Shown here: positions 1 through 11,483 of the stretch, one piece after another
Layout: every line of letters starts with the position of its first letter
How positions within the stretch are numbered: the first letter of the stretch is position 1
Source: Eledone cirrhosa
Lineage: Eukaryota
Reading direction: 5' to 3'
Assembly (NCBI GenBank): GCA_964016885.1
Contig: OZ024740.1
Span: forward strand, 20,770,001-20,834,000
DNA: 64,000 bases
Notes under the pieces: generated by a model
Told to the model about the DNA's origin: nothing
Seen by the model: only the letters and a program-made list of their open reading frames with translations
The model's database searches: none
Made by a program: the position numbers and the translations under genes

Positions 1-408
1 GGGGCACTGGGATATGTTAGTAACTGCCTCAATACAAATCTTGAGAAGCTAGGCTTCACAGGAACAGAAAGAACACAACTAGTTAGGAAATTACAAGTAC
101 AATCCATTAATGGAACAGTAAAAATATGTAAAACATTCCCAAAATGTTGCATCTAATAACTGCATATACACATGTACAGATACAAAGCATATACACATGC
201 ACACATACAACTCAAAACATCCACATCCACACATACAATAACATCCATATCTACACATGCATGCATGCAGACATACATACATATCTACCTAGTTGATGTT
301 GTGTAAATTCCAATGAGAGAATCTTGTGTCTATGTTAGAAACCGACTCTCTTTCTATTGGTAAAACTTTGTGAAATTATAAAACCAGAAGAACATACATA
401 CACATACA

Positions 409-760
409 TGATGGCTGCCCTCTCGTTATCGAGTATGGCCCTTGCACGATATACCATTATTACTAATTATTAATTAATTCTATCGGGCAATGCCTGTACG
501 TGAAGATATTTTTTAAAGTGAGGAAAGACTGTGCACTGAGTCAATCCCACTCTCTGAGCGACAGTAGCTATAACCCGAAAAGAAAAAAGATCAACATCAT
601 CGGTAACTACTGAGCCGCAGGTTTTATATCGGAGTTATCCCAGTTTCCTAAGTTACCTTCTCCTAGAAGAATGCCCTGACAAATGCTAGGGGTCCTTCAC
701 TCCCAGTGGTTTAACCGCGCGATCGGGTGTCCAACCCGACTATTTCTATGTCCCCGCGCA
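409..760 (-). mobile_element. Non-autonomous ~350-bp repeat (family A) resembling an RTE-LINE 5' UTR; copies at 2819-3170, 4984-5337 and 43127-43404 (opposite strand)
   Basis: Four homologous copies in the window. The minus strand contains ctaggagaagg(c/t)aact, a motif seen in RTE 5' UTRs. Always abuts (TACA)n/(TATG)n. Confidence 0.5.
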
Positions 761-842
761 TACATACATACGTACATACATACGTACATACGTACATACA
801 TAGATACATACATACGTACATACGTACATACGTACATACATA

Positions 843-1405
843 ACAGACCAGATATAATGTTATGGGACAGGGAAAAGAAAGCATGCACAGTAGTGGAAAT
901 TAGCTGCCCAGCAGATGCCAATATAATATTAAAGATTAGCGAAAAGGAGAATATTTATGCAGAAGTAATGAGAAATCTGCAGATACTCCACCCTGATTAC
1001 ACCTTCAGATTTATGCCTGTGATTATTGGGGTACTGGGGCATGTTAGTAACTGCCTCAATACAAATCTTGAGAAGCTAGACTTCACAGGAACAGAAAGAA
1101 AACAACTAGTTAGGAAATTACAAGTACAATCCATTAATGGAACAGTAAAAATATGTCAACAAATTTTGCATAAAATAATTGCATATACACATGTACAGAT
1201 ACAAAGCATATATACATGCACACATACAACTAAAAACATACACATCCACACATACAATAACATCCATGCCTACACATGCAGACATACATACATATCTACC
1301 TAGTTGATGTTGTGTAAATTCCAATGAGAGGGTCTTGTGTCTATGTTAGAAACAGTCTCTCTCTCTATTGGCAAACATTTGTGAAATTATAAAACCAGAA
1401 GAACA
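843..1405 (+). mobile_element. 3' fragment of an RLE-type non-LTR retrotransposon (R4/Dong-like): endonuclease C-terminus plus 3' UTR; copy at 3253-3815
   Basis: Translates NRPDIMLWDREKKACTVVEISCPAD..KENIY, a PD-(D/E)xK-type restriction-like endonuclease. Ends in ataaaaccagaagaa followed by (CATA)n. Confidence 0.85.
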
Positions 1406-1446
1406 TACATGCGTACGTACATACATACATACATACATACATACAT

Positions 1447-2803
1447 ACAACACAGGAAACTTCCACATCAACAGTGACATAGACCGCTTTTACTTGAAAC
1501 GTAAGCAGGGAGGCAGAGGCCTAACATCAGTCCAGACAACATTTGAATGTCGCATCATATCTCTCCGACAACATCTACGAACCTCGAAGCGTAGGAGCCC
1601 GTTTCTCGAGCAAGTCTATCTGCATGAAACAGATAAGATTATGAGAGTTGGGAAGGAACTCTTCGAGAGATATTCCCTGTGTCATAATCACAAACTCACA
1701 CCCAGGGAAGTCGCTCAGCAGTATCGCAGTGAATCCAAGGATGAAAAACTGCATACTTATCAGCAAAAAATCATGCATGGATATGTTGCCAGGAAGCTCC
1801 TGGGTGAGAGTAATATATATAAGGAAAGTAGTCTGTCTTGGACCAACAACCGCTATATTGGCTCCCACTTTGAAGGATACGCTTTTGCAATCCAAGAACA
1901 GGAGATTAGCACGAAATACCTGATTCACAAAAGAGATAGGGATGCAGGCAAAACAACTAGATGTGATAACAAGTGCAGACTCTGCAGAACTAACATCGAG
2001 GATATCACCAATGTCATCAGCAGCTGCCCAAAGATGTCATCGCGGTACTATCTACCTATGGGGCATGATGTAGTGGCCAAAACACTGTACAATGCAGTTC
2101 GTAAAAAAGATAGCCCCGATAATAAACACATGAAAAGCTACAACAATGTGGAAGACATCCATGTACATAATATGAAAGAGTACTGGTGGAATGTTTCAGT
2201 AAAAACCCCAATAAAATGCAGGCAAACAGACCAGATATTATGATATGGGACAGGGAGAAGAAAACATGCACAGTAGTGGAAATTAGCTGCCCAGCAGATG
2301 CCAATATAATATCAAAGATTAGTGAAAAGGAGAATATTTATGCAGAACTGATGAGAAATCTGCAGATACTCCACCCTGATTACACCTTCAGATTTATGCC
2401 TGTGATCATTGGGGCACTGGGATATGTTAGTAACTGCCTCAATACAAATCTTGAGAAGCTAGGCTTCACAGGAACAGAAAGAACACAACTAGTTAGGAAA
2501 TTACAAGTACAATCCATTAATGGAACAGTAAAAATATGTAAAACATTCCCAAAATGTTGCATCTAATAACTGCATATACACATGTACAGATACAAAGCAT
2601 ATACACATGCACACATACAACTCAAAACATACACATCCACACATACAATAACATCCATATCTACACATGCATGCATGCAGACATACATACATATCTACCT
2701 AGTTGATGTTGTGTAAATTCCAATGAGAGAATCTTGTGTCTATGTTAGAAACCGACTCTCTTTCTATTGGTAAAACTTTGTGAAATTATAAAACCAGAAG
2801 AAC
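1447..2803 (+). mobile_element. 5'-truncated, frameshifted RLE non-LTR retrotransposon (R4/Dong-like): post-RT region, CCHC zinc knuckle, RLE and 3' UTR
   Basis: R4-type post-RT motif DIDRFYLKRKQGGRGL; AIQEQEI; CRLC..EDI.(H/N)VISSC knuckle; (R/G)HDVVAK; RPDI..VEISCP in the next frame (2186-2566). Flanked by (TACA)n. Confidence 0.88.
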
Positions 2804-3856
2804 ATACATACACATACATGATGGCTGCCCTCTCGTTATCGAGTATGGCCATTGCACGATATACCATTATTACTAATTATTAATTAATTCTATCGGGCAA
2901 TGCCTGTACGTGAAGATATTTTTTAAAGTGAGGAAAGACTGTGCACTGAGCCAATCCCACTCTCTGAGCGACAGTAGCTATAACCCGAAAAGAAAAAAGA
3001 TCAACATCATCGGTAACTACTGAGCCGCAGGTTTTATATCGGAGTTATCCCAGTTTCCTAAGTTGCCTTCTCCTAGAAGAATGCCCTGACAAATGCTAGG
3101 GGTCCTTCACTCCCAGTGGTTTAACCGCGCGATCGGGTGTCCAACCCGACTATTTCTATGTCCCCGCGCATACATACATACGTACATACATACGTACATA
3201 CGTACATACATAGATACATACATACGTACATACGTACATACGTACATACATAACAGACCAGATATAATGTTATGGGACAGGGAAAAGAAAGCATGCACAG
3301 TAGTGGAAATTAGCTGCCCAGCAGATGCCAATATAATATTAAAGATTAGCGAAAAGGAGAATATTTATGCAGAAGTAATGAGAAATCTGCAGATACTCCA
3401 CCCTGATTACACCTTCAGATTTATGCCTGTGATTATTGGGGTACTGGGGCATGTTAGTAACTGCCTCAATACAAATCTTGAGAAGCTAGACTTCACAGGA
3501 ACAGAAAGAAAACAACTAGTTAGGAAATTACAAGTACAATCCATTAATGGAACAGTAAAAATATGTCAACAAATTTTGCATAAAATAATTGCATATACAC
3601 ATGTACAGATACAAAGCATATATACATGCACACATACAACTAAAAACATACACATCCACACATACAATAACATCCATGCCTACACATGCAGACATACATA
3701 CATATCTACCTAGTTGATGTTGTGTAAATTCCAATGAGAGGGTCTTGTGTCTATGTTAGAAACAGTCTCTCTCTCTATTGGCAAACATTTGTGAAATTAT
3801 AAAACCAGAAGAACATACATGCGTACGTACATACATACATACATACATACATACAT

Positions 3857-4925
3857 ACAACACAGGAAACTTCCACATCAACAGTGACATAGACCGCTTT
3901 TACTTGAAACGTAAGCAGGGAGGCAGAGGCCTAACATCAGTCCAGACAACATTTGAATGTCGCATCATATCTCTCCGACAACATCTACGAACCTCGAAGC
4001 GTAGGAGCCCGTTTCTCGAGCAAGTCTATCTGCATGAAACAGATAAGATTATGAGAGTTGGGAAGGAACTCTTCGAGAGATATTCCCTGTGTCATAATCA
4101 CAAACTCACACCCAGGGAAGTCGCTCAGCAGTATCGCAGTGAATCCAAGGATGAAAAACTGCATACTTATCAGCAAAAAATCATGCATGGATATGTTGCC
4201 AGGAAGCTCCTGGGTGAGAGTAATATATATAAGGAAAGTAGTCTGTCTTGGACCAACAACCGCTATATTGGCTCCCACTTTGAAGGATACGCTTTTGCAA
4301 TCCAAGAACAGGAGATTAACACGAAATACCTGATTCACAAAAGAGATAGGGATGCAGGCAAAACACCTAGATGTGATAACAAGTGCAGACTCTGCAGAAC
4401 TAACATCGAAGATATCACCCATGTCATCAGCAGCTGTCCAAAGATGTCATCGCGGTACTATTTACCCATGAGGCATGATGTAGTGGACAAAACACTGTAC
4501 AATGCAGTTCGTAAAAAAGATAGCCCCGATAATAAACACATGAAAAGCTACAACAATGTGGAAGACATCCATGTACATAATATGAAAGAGTACTATTGGA
4601 ATGTTCCAGTAAAAACCCCAATAAAATGCAGGCATGCAGACCAGATATTATGACATGGGACAGGGAGAAGAAAACATGCACAGTAGCGGAAATTAGCTGC
4701 CCAGCAGATGCCAATATAATATCAAAGGAAAATATTTATGCAGAACTGATGAGAAATCTGCAGATACTCTACCCTGATTACACCTTCAGATTTATGCCTG
4801 TGATTATTGGGGCACTGGGATATGTTAGTAACTGCCTCAATACAAATCTTGAGAAGCTAGGCTTCACAAGAACAGAAAGAACACAACTATTGGTAAAACT
4901 TTGTGAAATTATAAAGCCAGAAGAA
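3857..4925 (+). mobile_element. Second copy of the R4/Dong-like fragment with an internal deletion near the 3' end
   Basis: ORFs 3778-4653 and 4596-5048 show CRLC..HVISSC, RHD and RPDI. A deletion joins ~4888 directly to the 3' terminus. Confidence 0.85.
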
Positions 4926-4951
4926 CATACATACATACATACATACATACA

Positions 4952-4984
<33 letters not shown>

Positions 4985-5849
4985 GATGGTTGCCCCCTCG
5001 TTATCGAGTATGGCCATTGCACGATATACCATTATTAATAATTATTAATTAATTCTATCGTGCAATGCCTGTGCGTGAAGATATTTTTTTAAATGAGGAA
5101 AGACTGTGCACTGAGCCAATCCCACTCTCTGAGCGATAGTAGCTATCACCCGAAAAGAAGAAAAGATCAACATCATCGGTAACTACTGATCCGCAGATTT
5201 TATATCGGAGTTATCCCAGTTTCCTGAGTTGCCTTCTCCTAGAAGAATGCCTTGACAAAGTTTAGGGGGTCCTTCACTCCTAGTAGTTTAACCGAGCGAT
5301 CGGGTGTCCAGCCCGACTAATTCTATGTCCCCGCGCATATACATACACATTCACCCATGTATATACACATATACATATACATACATATGTACATGTTTAT
5401 ATACATATTTACACATTTTTGGATGGCCGTTGACTCTATGAGTTCTTCCTACCGATGTGCTGAACGAGTGTGACTTTTTAGTCCAGCCAGCAACTTGAAA
5501 ACTCTGGTACAATCACTACACCTGTGACAATTATTGACACATAGTGCTGGGCCCTTGGTACCATGTGACGACAAGTGCAAAGAGATCTCCAAATATAAAG
5601 CAATGCCTGTGCCGTGAAGCTTTTATAGTGAGCAAAGGCACTGCACAAAGCCAGTCCCACTCTCTTAACCAAGATGATATTTACCAAAAAAGAAGAACAA
5701 GTCAACAGCATTGGATACCATCAGAGTTTTCCTACTCCTAGAATTCTGCCTTGACAAAGGCTAAGGGGTCATCTCTCCCGTACACACATACATATATACA
5801 TACGTAGATACATACATACATACGTACATACATACGTACATACATGTGT

Positions 5850-6562
5850 ACATAAATGGAACTCGAAAAATACTAAACAACACAGGAAACTTCCACATCA
5901 ACAGTGACATAGACCGCCTTTACTTGAAACGTAAGCAGGGAGGCAGAGGCCTAACATCAGTCCAGACAACATTTGAATGTCGCATCATATCTCTCCGACA
6001 ACATCTACGAACCTCCAAACGTAGGAGCCCGACTCTCGAGCAAGTCTATCTGCATGAAACAAATAAGATCATGAGAGTTGAGAAGGAACTCCTTGAGAGA
6101 TGTTCCCTGTGTGATAATCAAAAACTCACACCCAGGGAAGTCGCTCAGCAGTACCGCAGCGAATCCATGGATGAAAAACTGCATGCCTATCAGCAAAATA
6201 TCATGCATGGATATGTTGCCAGGAAGCTCCAGAGTGAGAGTAATATAGATAAGGAAAGTAATCTATCTTGGACCAACAACCGCTATATTGGCTCCCACTT
6301 TGAAGGATACGCTTTTGCAATCCAATTTTGGATCTAATAACTGCATATACACATGTATAGATACAAAGATATACACATGCACACATACAACTCAAAACAT
6401 ACACATCCACACATACAATAACATCCATATCTACACATGCATGCATACATAATCTATCTAGTTGATGTTGTGTAAATTCCAATGAGAGGGTCTTGTGTCT
6501 ATGTTAGAAAACGACTCTCTCTTTATTGGGAAAAAATTTGTGAAATTATAAAACCAGAAGAA
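5850..6562 (+). mobile_element. Internally deleted R4/Dong-like fragment
   Basis: ORF 5846-6337 (TRKILNNTGNFHINSDIDRLYLKRKQGGRGL...) is fused directly to the family 3' UTR and followed by (TACA)n. Confidence 0.82.
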
Positions 6563-6718
6563 TACGTACGTACATACATATATACACACATACATAAATA
6601 CATAGATACATACATACATGCATGCATACATATATATATATATATACGTACATACGTACATATATATATATACATACATTCATACATACATACATATATA
6701 CATACATACATATATACA

Positions 6719-6752
<34 letters not shown>

Positions 6753-6825
6753 CATACATACATATATATACATACATACATACATACATACATACATACA
6801 TACATAGATACATATATATATATAT

Positions 6826-6856
<31 letters not shown>

Positions 6857-7320
6857 CATACATACATATATATACATACATACATACATATATACATACA
6901 TACATATATATACATACATATATACATACGTACGTACATACATATATACATCCATAGTACATACATACAAAATTAAAATTTTAAATGTTAAATTCCTCAT
7001 GGATTTATATATTAACTATGTAAATTAGAACCGACCTGCAGATAATCCTTATATATACATTATATACACACATGATCCCTATATATATATACATTATATA
7101 CACACATGATCATGGGACAGTCATTTAATGAAAGATTCGTCTGGACAATAGTAATAAGAGCATGTATGGGCTTTAATATGTTTGTCCGGTTCTTTCACAT
7201 ACAGTGAAGACTACACATATCCACCCATATCGTGAGAAGAAACAATATATATATATATATATACATGAAAAGTGTCAGGACCCCGACGGCTGAGCTCCGG
7301 CCGTTTTGACAGCTAGATAC

Positions 7321-7420
<100 letters not shown>

Positions 7421-7648
7421 ATAAGAAAAGGAGAATATATGAATATATACTCTGCTCTGTAAAAGCATCGAGTATATATATATATATATATTGGAATAAA
7501 TGCTCTGAAATAGCGATATATATGTGAATATAGACATAGAATATTCGAAAATATTCTGTATGTTTATAATAAACATTTTGAAGACCTAATCGCTATAGAA
7601 TAGAATACGTCACGTATTACAATTAGATTCTCGATAAAAGCAAGGGAA

Positions 7649-7691
7649 GTAATCTACGCGTTTCATTCTTGTTAGAAATCATCAGGACTAC
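7649..7691 (-). ncRNA. Minimal type I hammerhead ribozyme; also at 7959-8001, 8269-8311, 8579-8621 and 8889-8931 (all minus)
   Basis: Minus strand reads GTAGTC-CTGATGA-TTTCTAACAAGAAT-GAAA-CGCG-TA-GATTAC: stem I GTAGTC/GATTAC, CUGAUGA and GAAA cores, palindromic short stem III (ACGCGT), GUA cleavage triplet. Confidence 0.88.
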
Positions 7692-9143
7692 ATATCCAGT
7701 GCTTTTATCGAGAATGACACAGCTAGAGACTTATAGAATACTTAGCTGTGTACAGGAACTGGTTTGAAAGAGCGGTTGCCGGTCCGGCAGAAATTAGAAA
7801 TTGGAATAAATGCTCTGAAATAGCGATATATATGTGAATATAGACATAGAATATTCGAAAATATTCTGTATGTTTATAATAAACATTTTGAAGACCTAAT
7901 CGCTATAGAATAGAATACGTCACGTATTACAATTAGATTCTCGATAAAAGCAAGGGAAGTAATCTACGCGTTTCATTCTTGTTAGAAATCATCAGGACTA
8001 CATATCCAGTGCTTTTATCGAGAATGACACAGCTAGAGACTTATAGAATACTTAGCTGTGTACAGGAACTGGTTTGAAAGAGCGGTTGCCGGTCCGGCAG
8101 AAATTAGAAATTGGAATAAATGCTCTGAAATAGCGATATATATGTGAATATAGACATAGAATATTCGAAAATATTCTGTATGTTTATAATAAACATTTTG
8201 AAGACCTAATCGCTATAGAATAGAATACGTCACGTATTACAATTAGATTCTCGATAAAAGCAAGGGAAGTAATCTACGCGTTTCATTCTTGTTAGAAATC
8301 ATCAGGACTACATATCCAGTGCTTTTATCGAGAATGACACAGCTAGAGACTTATAGAATACTTAGCTGTGTACAGGAACTGGTTTGAAAGAGCGGTTGCC
8401 GGTCCGGCAGAAATTAGAAATTGGAATAAATGCTCTGAAATAGCGATATATATGTGAATATAGACATAGAATATTCGAAAATATTCTGTATGTTTATAAT
8501 AAACATTTTGAAGACCTAATCGCTATAGAATAGAATACGTCACGTATTACAATTAGATTCTCGATAAAAGCAAGGGAAGTAATCTACGCGTTTCATTCTT
8601 GTTAGAAATCATCAGGACTACATATCCAGTGCTTTTATCGAGAATGACACAGCTAGAGACTTATAGAATACTTAGCTGTGTACAGGAACTGGTTTGAAAG
8701 AGCGGTTGCCGGTCCGGCAGAAATTAGAAATTGGAATAAATGCTCTGAAATAGCGATATATATGTGAATATAGACATAGAATATTCGAAAATATTCTGTA
8801 TGTTTATAATAAACATTTTGAAGACCTAATCGCTATAGAATAGAATACGTCACGTATTACAATTAGATTCTCGATAAAAGCAAGGGAAGTAATCTACGCG
8901 TTTCATTCTTGTTAGAAATCATCAGGACTACATATCCAGTGCTTTTATCGAGAATGACACAGCTAGAGACTTATAGAATACTTAGCTGTGTACAGGAACT
9001 GGTTTGAAAGAGCGGTTGCCGGTCCGGCATCCAATTTCTAATTTCTGCCGGACCGGCAACCGCTCTTTCAAACCAGTTCCTGTACACAGCTAAGTATTCT
9101 ATAAGTCTCTAGCTGTGTCATTCTCGATAAAAGCACTGGATAT

Positions 9144-9186
9144 GTAGTCCTGATGATTTCTAACAAGAATGAAACGCGTAGATTAC
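9144..9186 (+). ncRNA. Minimal type I hammerhead ribozyme; also at 9454-9496 and 9764-9806
   Basis: gtagtc ctgatga tttctaacaagaat gaaa cgcg ta gattac, enclosed by the 16-bp inverted repeat attctcgataaaagca/tgcttttatcgagaat. Confidence 0.88.
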
Positions 9187-9926
9187 TTCCCTTGCTTTTA
9201 TCGAGAATCTAATTGTAATACGTGACGTATTCTATTCTATAGCGATTAGGTCTTCAAAATGTTTATTATAAACATACAGAATATTTTCGAATATTCTATG
9301 TCTATATTCACATATATATCGCTATTTCAGAGCATTTATTCCAATTTCTAATTTCTGCCGGACCGGCAACCGCTCTTTCAAACCAGTTCCTGTACACAGC
9401 TAAGTATTCTATAAGTCTCTAGCTGTGTCATTCTCGATAAAAGCACTGGATATGTAGTCCTGATGATTTCTAACAAGAATGAAACGCGTAGATTACTTCC
9501 CTTGCTTTTATCGAGAATCTAATTGTAATACGTGACGTATTCTATTCTATAGCGATTAGGTCTTCAAAATGTTTATTATAAACATACAGAATATTTTCGA
9601 ATATTCTATGTCTATATTCACATATATATCGCTATTTCAGAGCATTTATTCCAATTTCTAATTTCTGCCGGACCGGCAACCGCTCTTTCAAACCAGTTCC
9701 TGTACACAGCTAAGTATTCTATAAGTCTCTAGCTGTGTCATTCTCGATAAAAGCACTGGATATGTAGTCCTGATGATTTCTAACAAGAATGAAACGCGTA
9801 GATTACTTCCCTTGCTTTTATCGAGAATCTAATTGTAATACGTGACGTATTCTATTCTATAGCGATTAGGTCTTCAAAATGTTTATTATAAACATACAGA
9901 ATATTTTCGAATATTCTATGTCTATA

Positions 9927-9993
<67 letters not shown>

Positions 9994-10069
9994 ATATGGG
10001 TTATATATATATATATATATAATTGATGTGGGGTAGGCCGTTTGGGCACTCGATGTTTTTACAGAGTAT

Positions 10070-10649
10070 ATAGCGCACTGTATATCTCTCTCTAGTGTGT
10101 TACCTTTTCAACATATTATATTTTAAAGAGCTCAGGATTTCTTCTCCTTTGAGAACATTATTGACAGGAAATGGCGAGGGTCTATGGCTCCGTTAATTTA
10201 TCGTGATATTTAGCTCCTTATAACAGTCTTTCCTACCTTACTCTGTTTGGTTGAGCACACTTCTCTGATTGGTTTTGGGCTGCCCTTTCTAGCAGCTCGT
10301 CCCTCAGAAGCCACTGGTTCACTGCCCTTAAACACGATGTGACTTCTCTCTCCCACGTGTAGCTGGACGGTTACTTTTAAAATTCTCTTAGTGTTGTCTG
10401 AAATGTATAGCCTTACACACGCTGAGGAACCGAGGTTATTCCATTTCTGTGAACAACTTACTAGCGAAACAGATCTCTTTGGATTTGTACGCGTGTTATG
10501 TAGTTATAGAGGTATTTATTTACGCTTTAATTTATATTTTTAATTATCGTGTCTATAGTCTGCCTTTTTTCCATACACTGGTGGTCTTTCCCTGTTTTAT
10601 TGATAGCGCACTGTATATCTCTCTAGTGTGTTACCTTTTCAACATATTG

Positions 10650-10656
<7 letters not shown>
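10070..10656 (+). mobile_element. Non-autonomous PLE-like element with a ~55-bp terminal direct repeat (partial pLTR) and an internal HHR
   Basis: atagcgcactgtatatctc..tagtgtgttaccttttcaacatatt at 10070-10125 and 10603-10656. Contains ggttgagcac, also found in the 5' leader of the 36-41 kb PLE. Ends in (TA)n. Confidence 0.6.
10415..10496 (+). ncRNA. Type I hammerhead ribozyme with a long, imperfect stem II
   Basis: acacacg-CTGAGGA-(stem II aggttattc/gaacaactt)-GAAA-CAGATC tctttg GATTTG-TA-cgcgtgt. Confidence 0.65.
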
Positions 10657-10738
<82 letters not shown>

Positions 10739-10939
10739 TATGTACACGTACATACATATATGTATACAGACGTACAGTAGTATGTATATATATATACATA
10801 CATGCACACATATATATATGTACGTATGGATTCACCGAACATTTATTATAATGCTCGGTGTGTTTGTAAACAAACATCCCGTATTAGGCCGCAGCGTCTA
10901 GTAACCATCGTTGCTCGTTTGTTCAACACTGACAAAGGA

Positions 10940-10982
10940 ACGCTGTACTAGTTTCAAGCTTATTAGCTATCGTCAGCAACGT
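10940..10982 (-). ncRNA. Minimal type I hammerhead in a ~370-bp repeat (10740-11110; inverted copy 19820-20175)
   Basis: Minus strand: acgttg-CTGACGA-T AGCT aata AGCT T-GAAA-CTAG-TA-cagcgt, with palindromic stem III ACTAGT. Confidence 0.82.
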
Positions 10983-11483
10983 ATACCCTCCTGCCAGATT
11001 GTTGAACGTATATACTTACCTTATGCATATTAACGGCTGAGTAGCCCAATTTGCATATCGAGTGGGTTAATCGGCCGGGTGCACCGAAAACGATAAACGG
11101 AAAAAATGAAACGAAATTTATTAACGGCTGAGTAGCCCGTTTATCGTTTTCGGTGCACCCGGCCGAATATATATATATATGAAAATGGCGTGCTGCGTTG
11201 TTGCAAATGGGATACATATGAATAAAATTCGAACAGATGATAAGGCGTCCGTCATCAGTGATCTTCCAGCGGTCGTTGGTATTTCTTCGCATTAAAGATC
11301 ATATACCTCTGGCTGGTGCGAGCAATAACTAAAAAAAAAAGTTATTGGGACACGTAGAATTGGGTGAAGCGGGCGAGACATGTAAACAAACAGAGATGGT
11401 AATGCAACGGAAAGAGAGCAAGAGGAGAAACAAGTCCGTGATACCTGTGAACTTAAGTTCGATCAAATCACGGACGAAAGACA

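Larger units (their letters stand above)
1..4925 (+). repeat. Tandem duplication, period 2410 bp, built from R4/Dong-like LINE fragments, (TACA)n tracts and an RTE-5'UTR-like repeat
   Basis: 1-2410 matches 2411-4820 nearly base for base (ORFs 683/3093 and 1368/3778 are offset by 2410). A few SNPs occur (221, 441, 541, ~655) and divergence rises after ~4318. Confidence 0.95.
7491..9931. mobile_element. Retrozyme-like array: 310-bp HHR-containing unit, 5 copies on the minus strand (7491-9029) joined head-to-head to about 3 copies on the plus strand (9030-9931), in (TA)n
   Basis: Exact 310-bp period (7491, 7801, 8111, 8421, 8731). The right arm is the reverse complement of the left. No ORF. Each unit has one hammerhead motif. 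Both outer ends run into (TA)n. Confidence 0.9.

Noticed and set aside
6458-7028. Many [12 protein letters not shown] ORFs here and throughout the window
   Set aside because: Translations of (TA)n, (TACA)n and (CA)n microsatellites.
7491-9931. CRISPR-like or ordinary satellite interpretation of the array
   Set aside because: No variable spacers or cas genes; the units are identical and carry HHRs in an inverted layout.
11180-11480. Repeat (also 13330-13620) with CTGATGA on the minus strand
   Set aside because: No correctly placed GAAA, stem III or stem I; the repeat family is unclassified.
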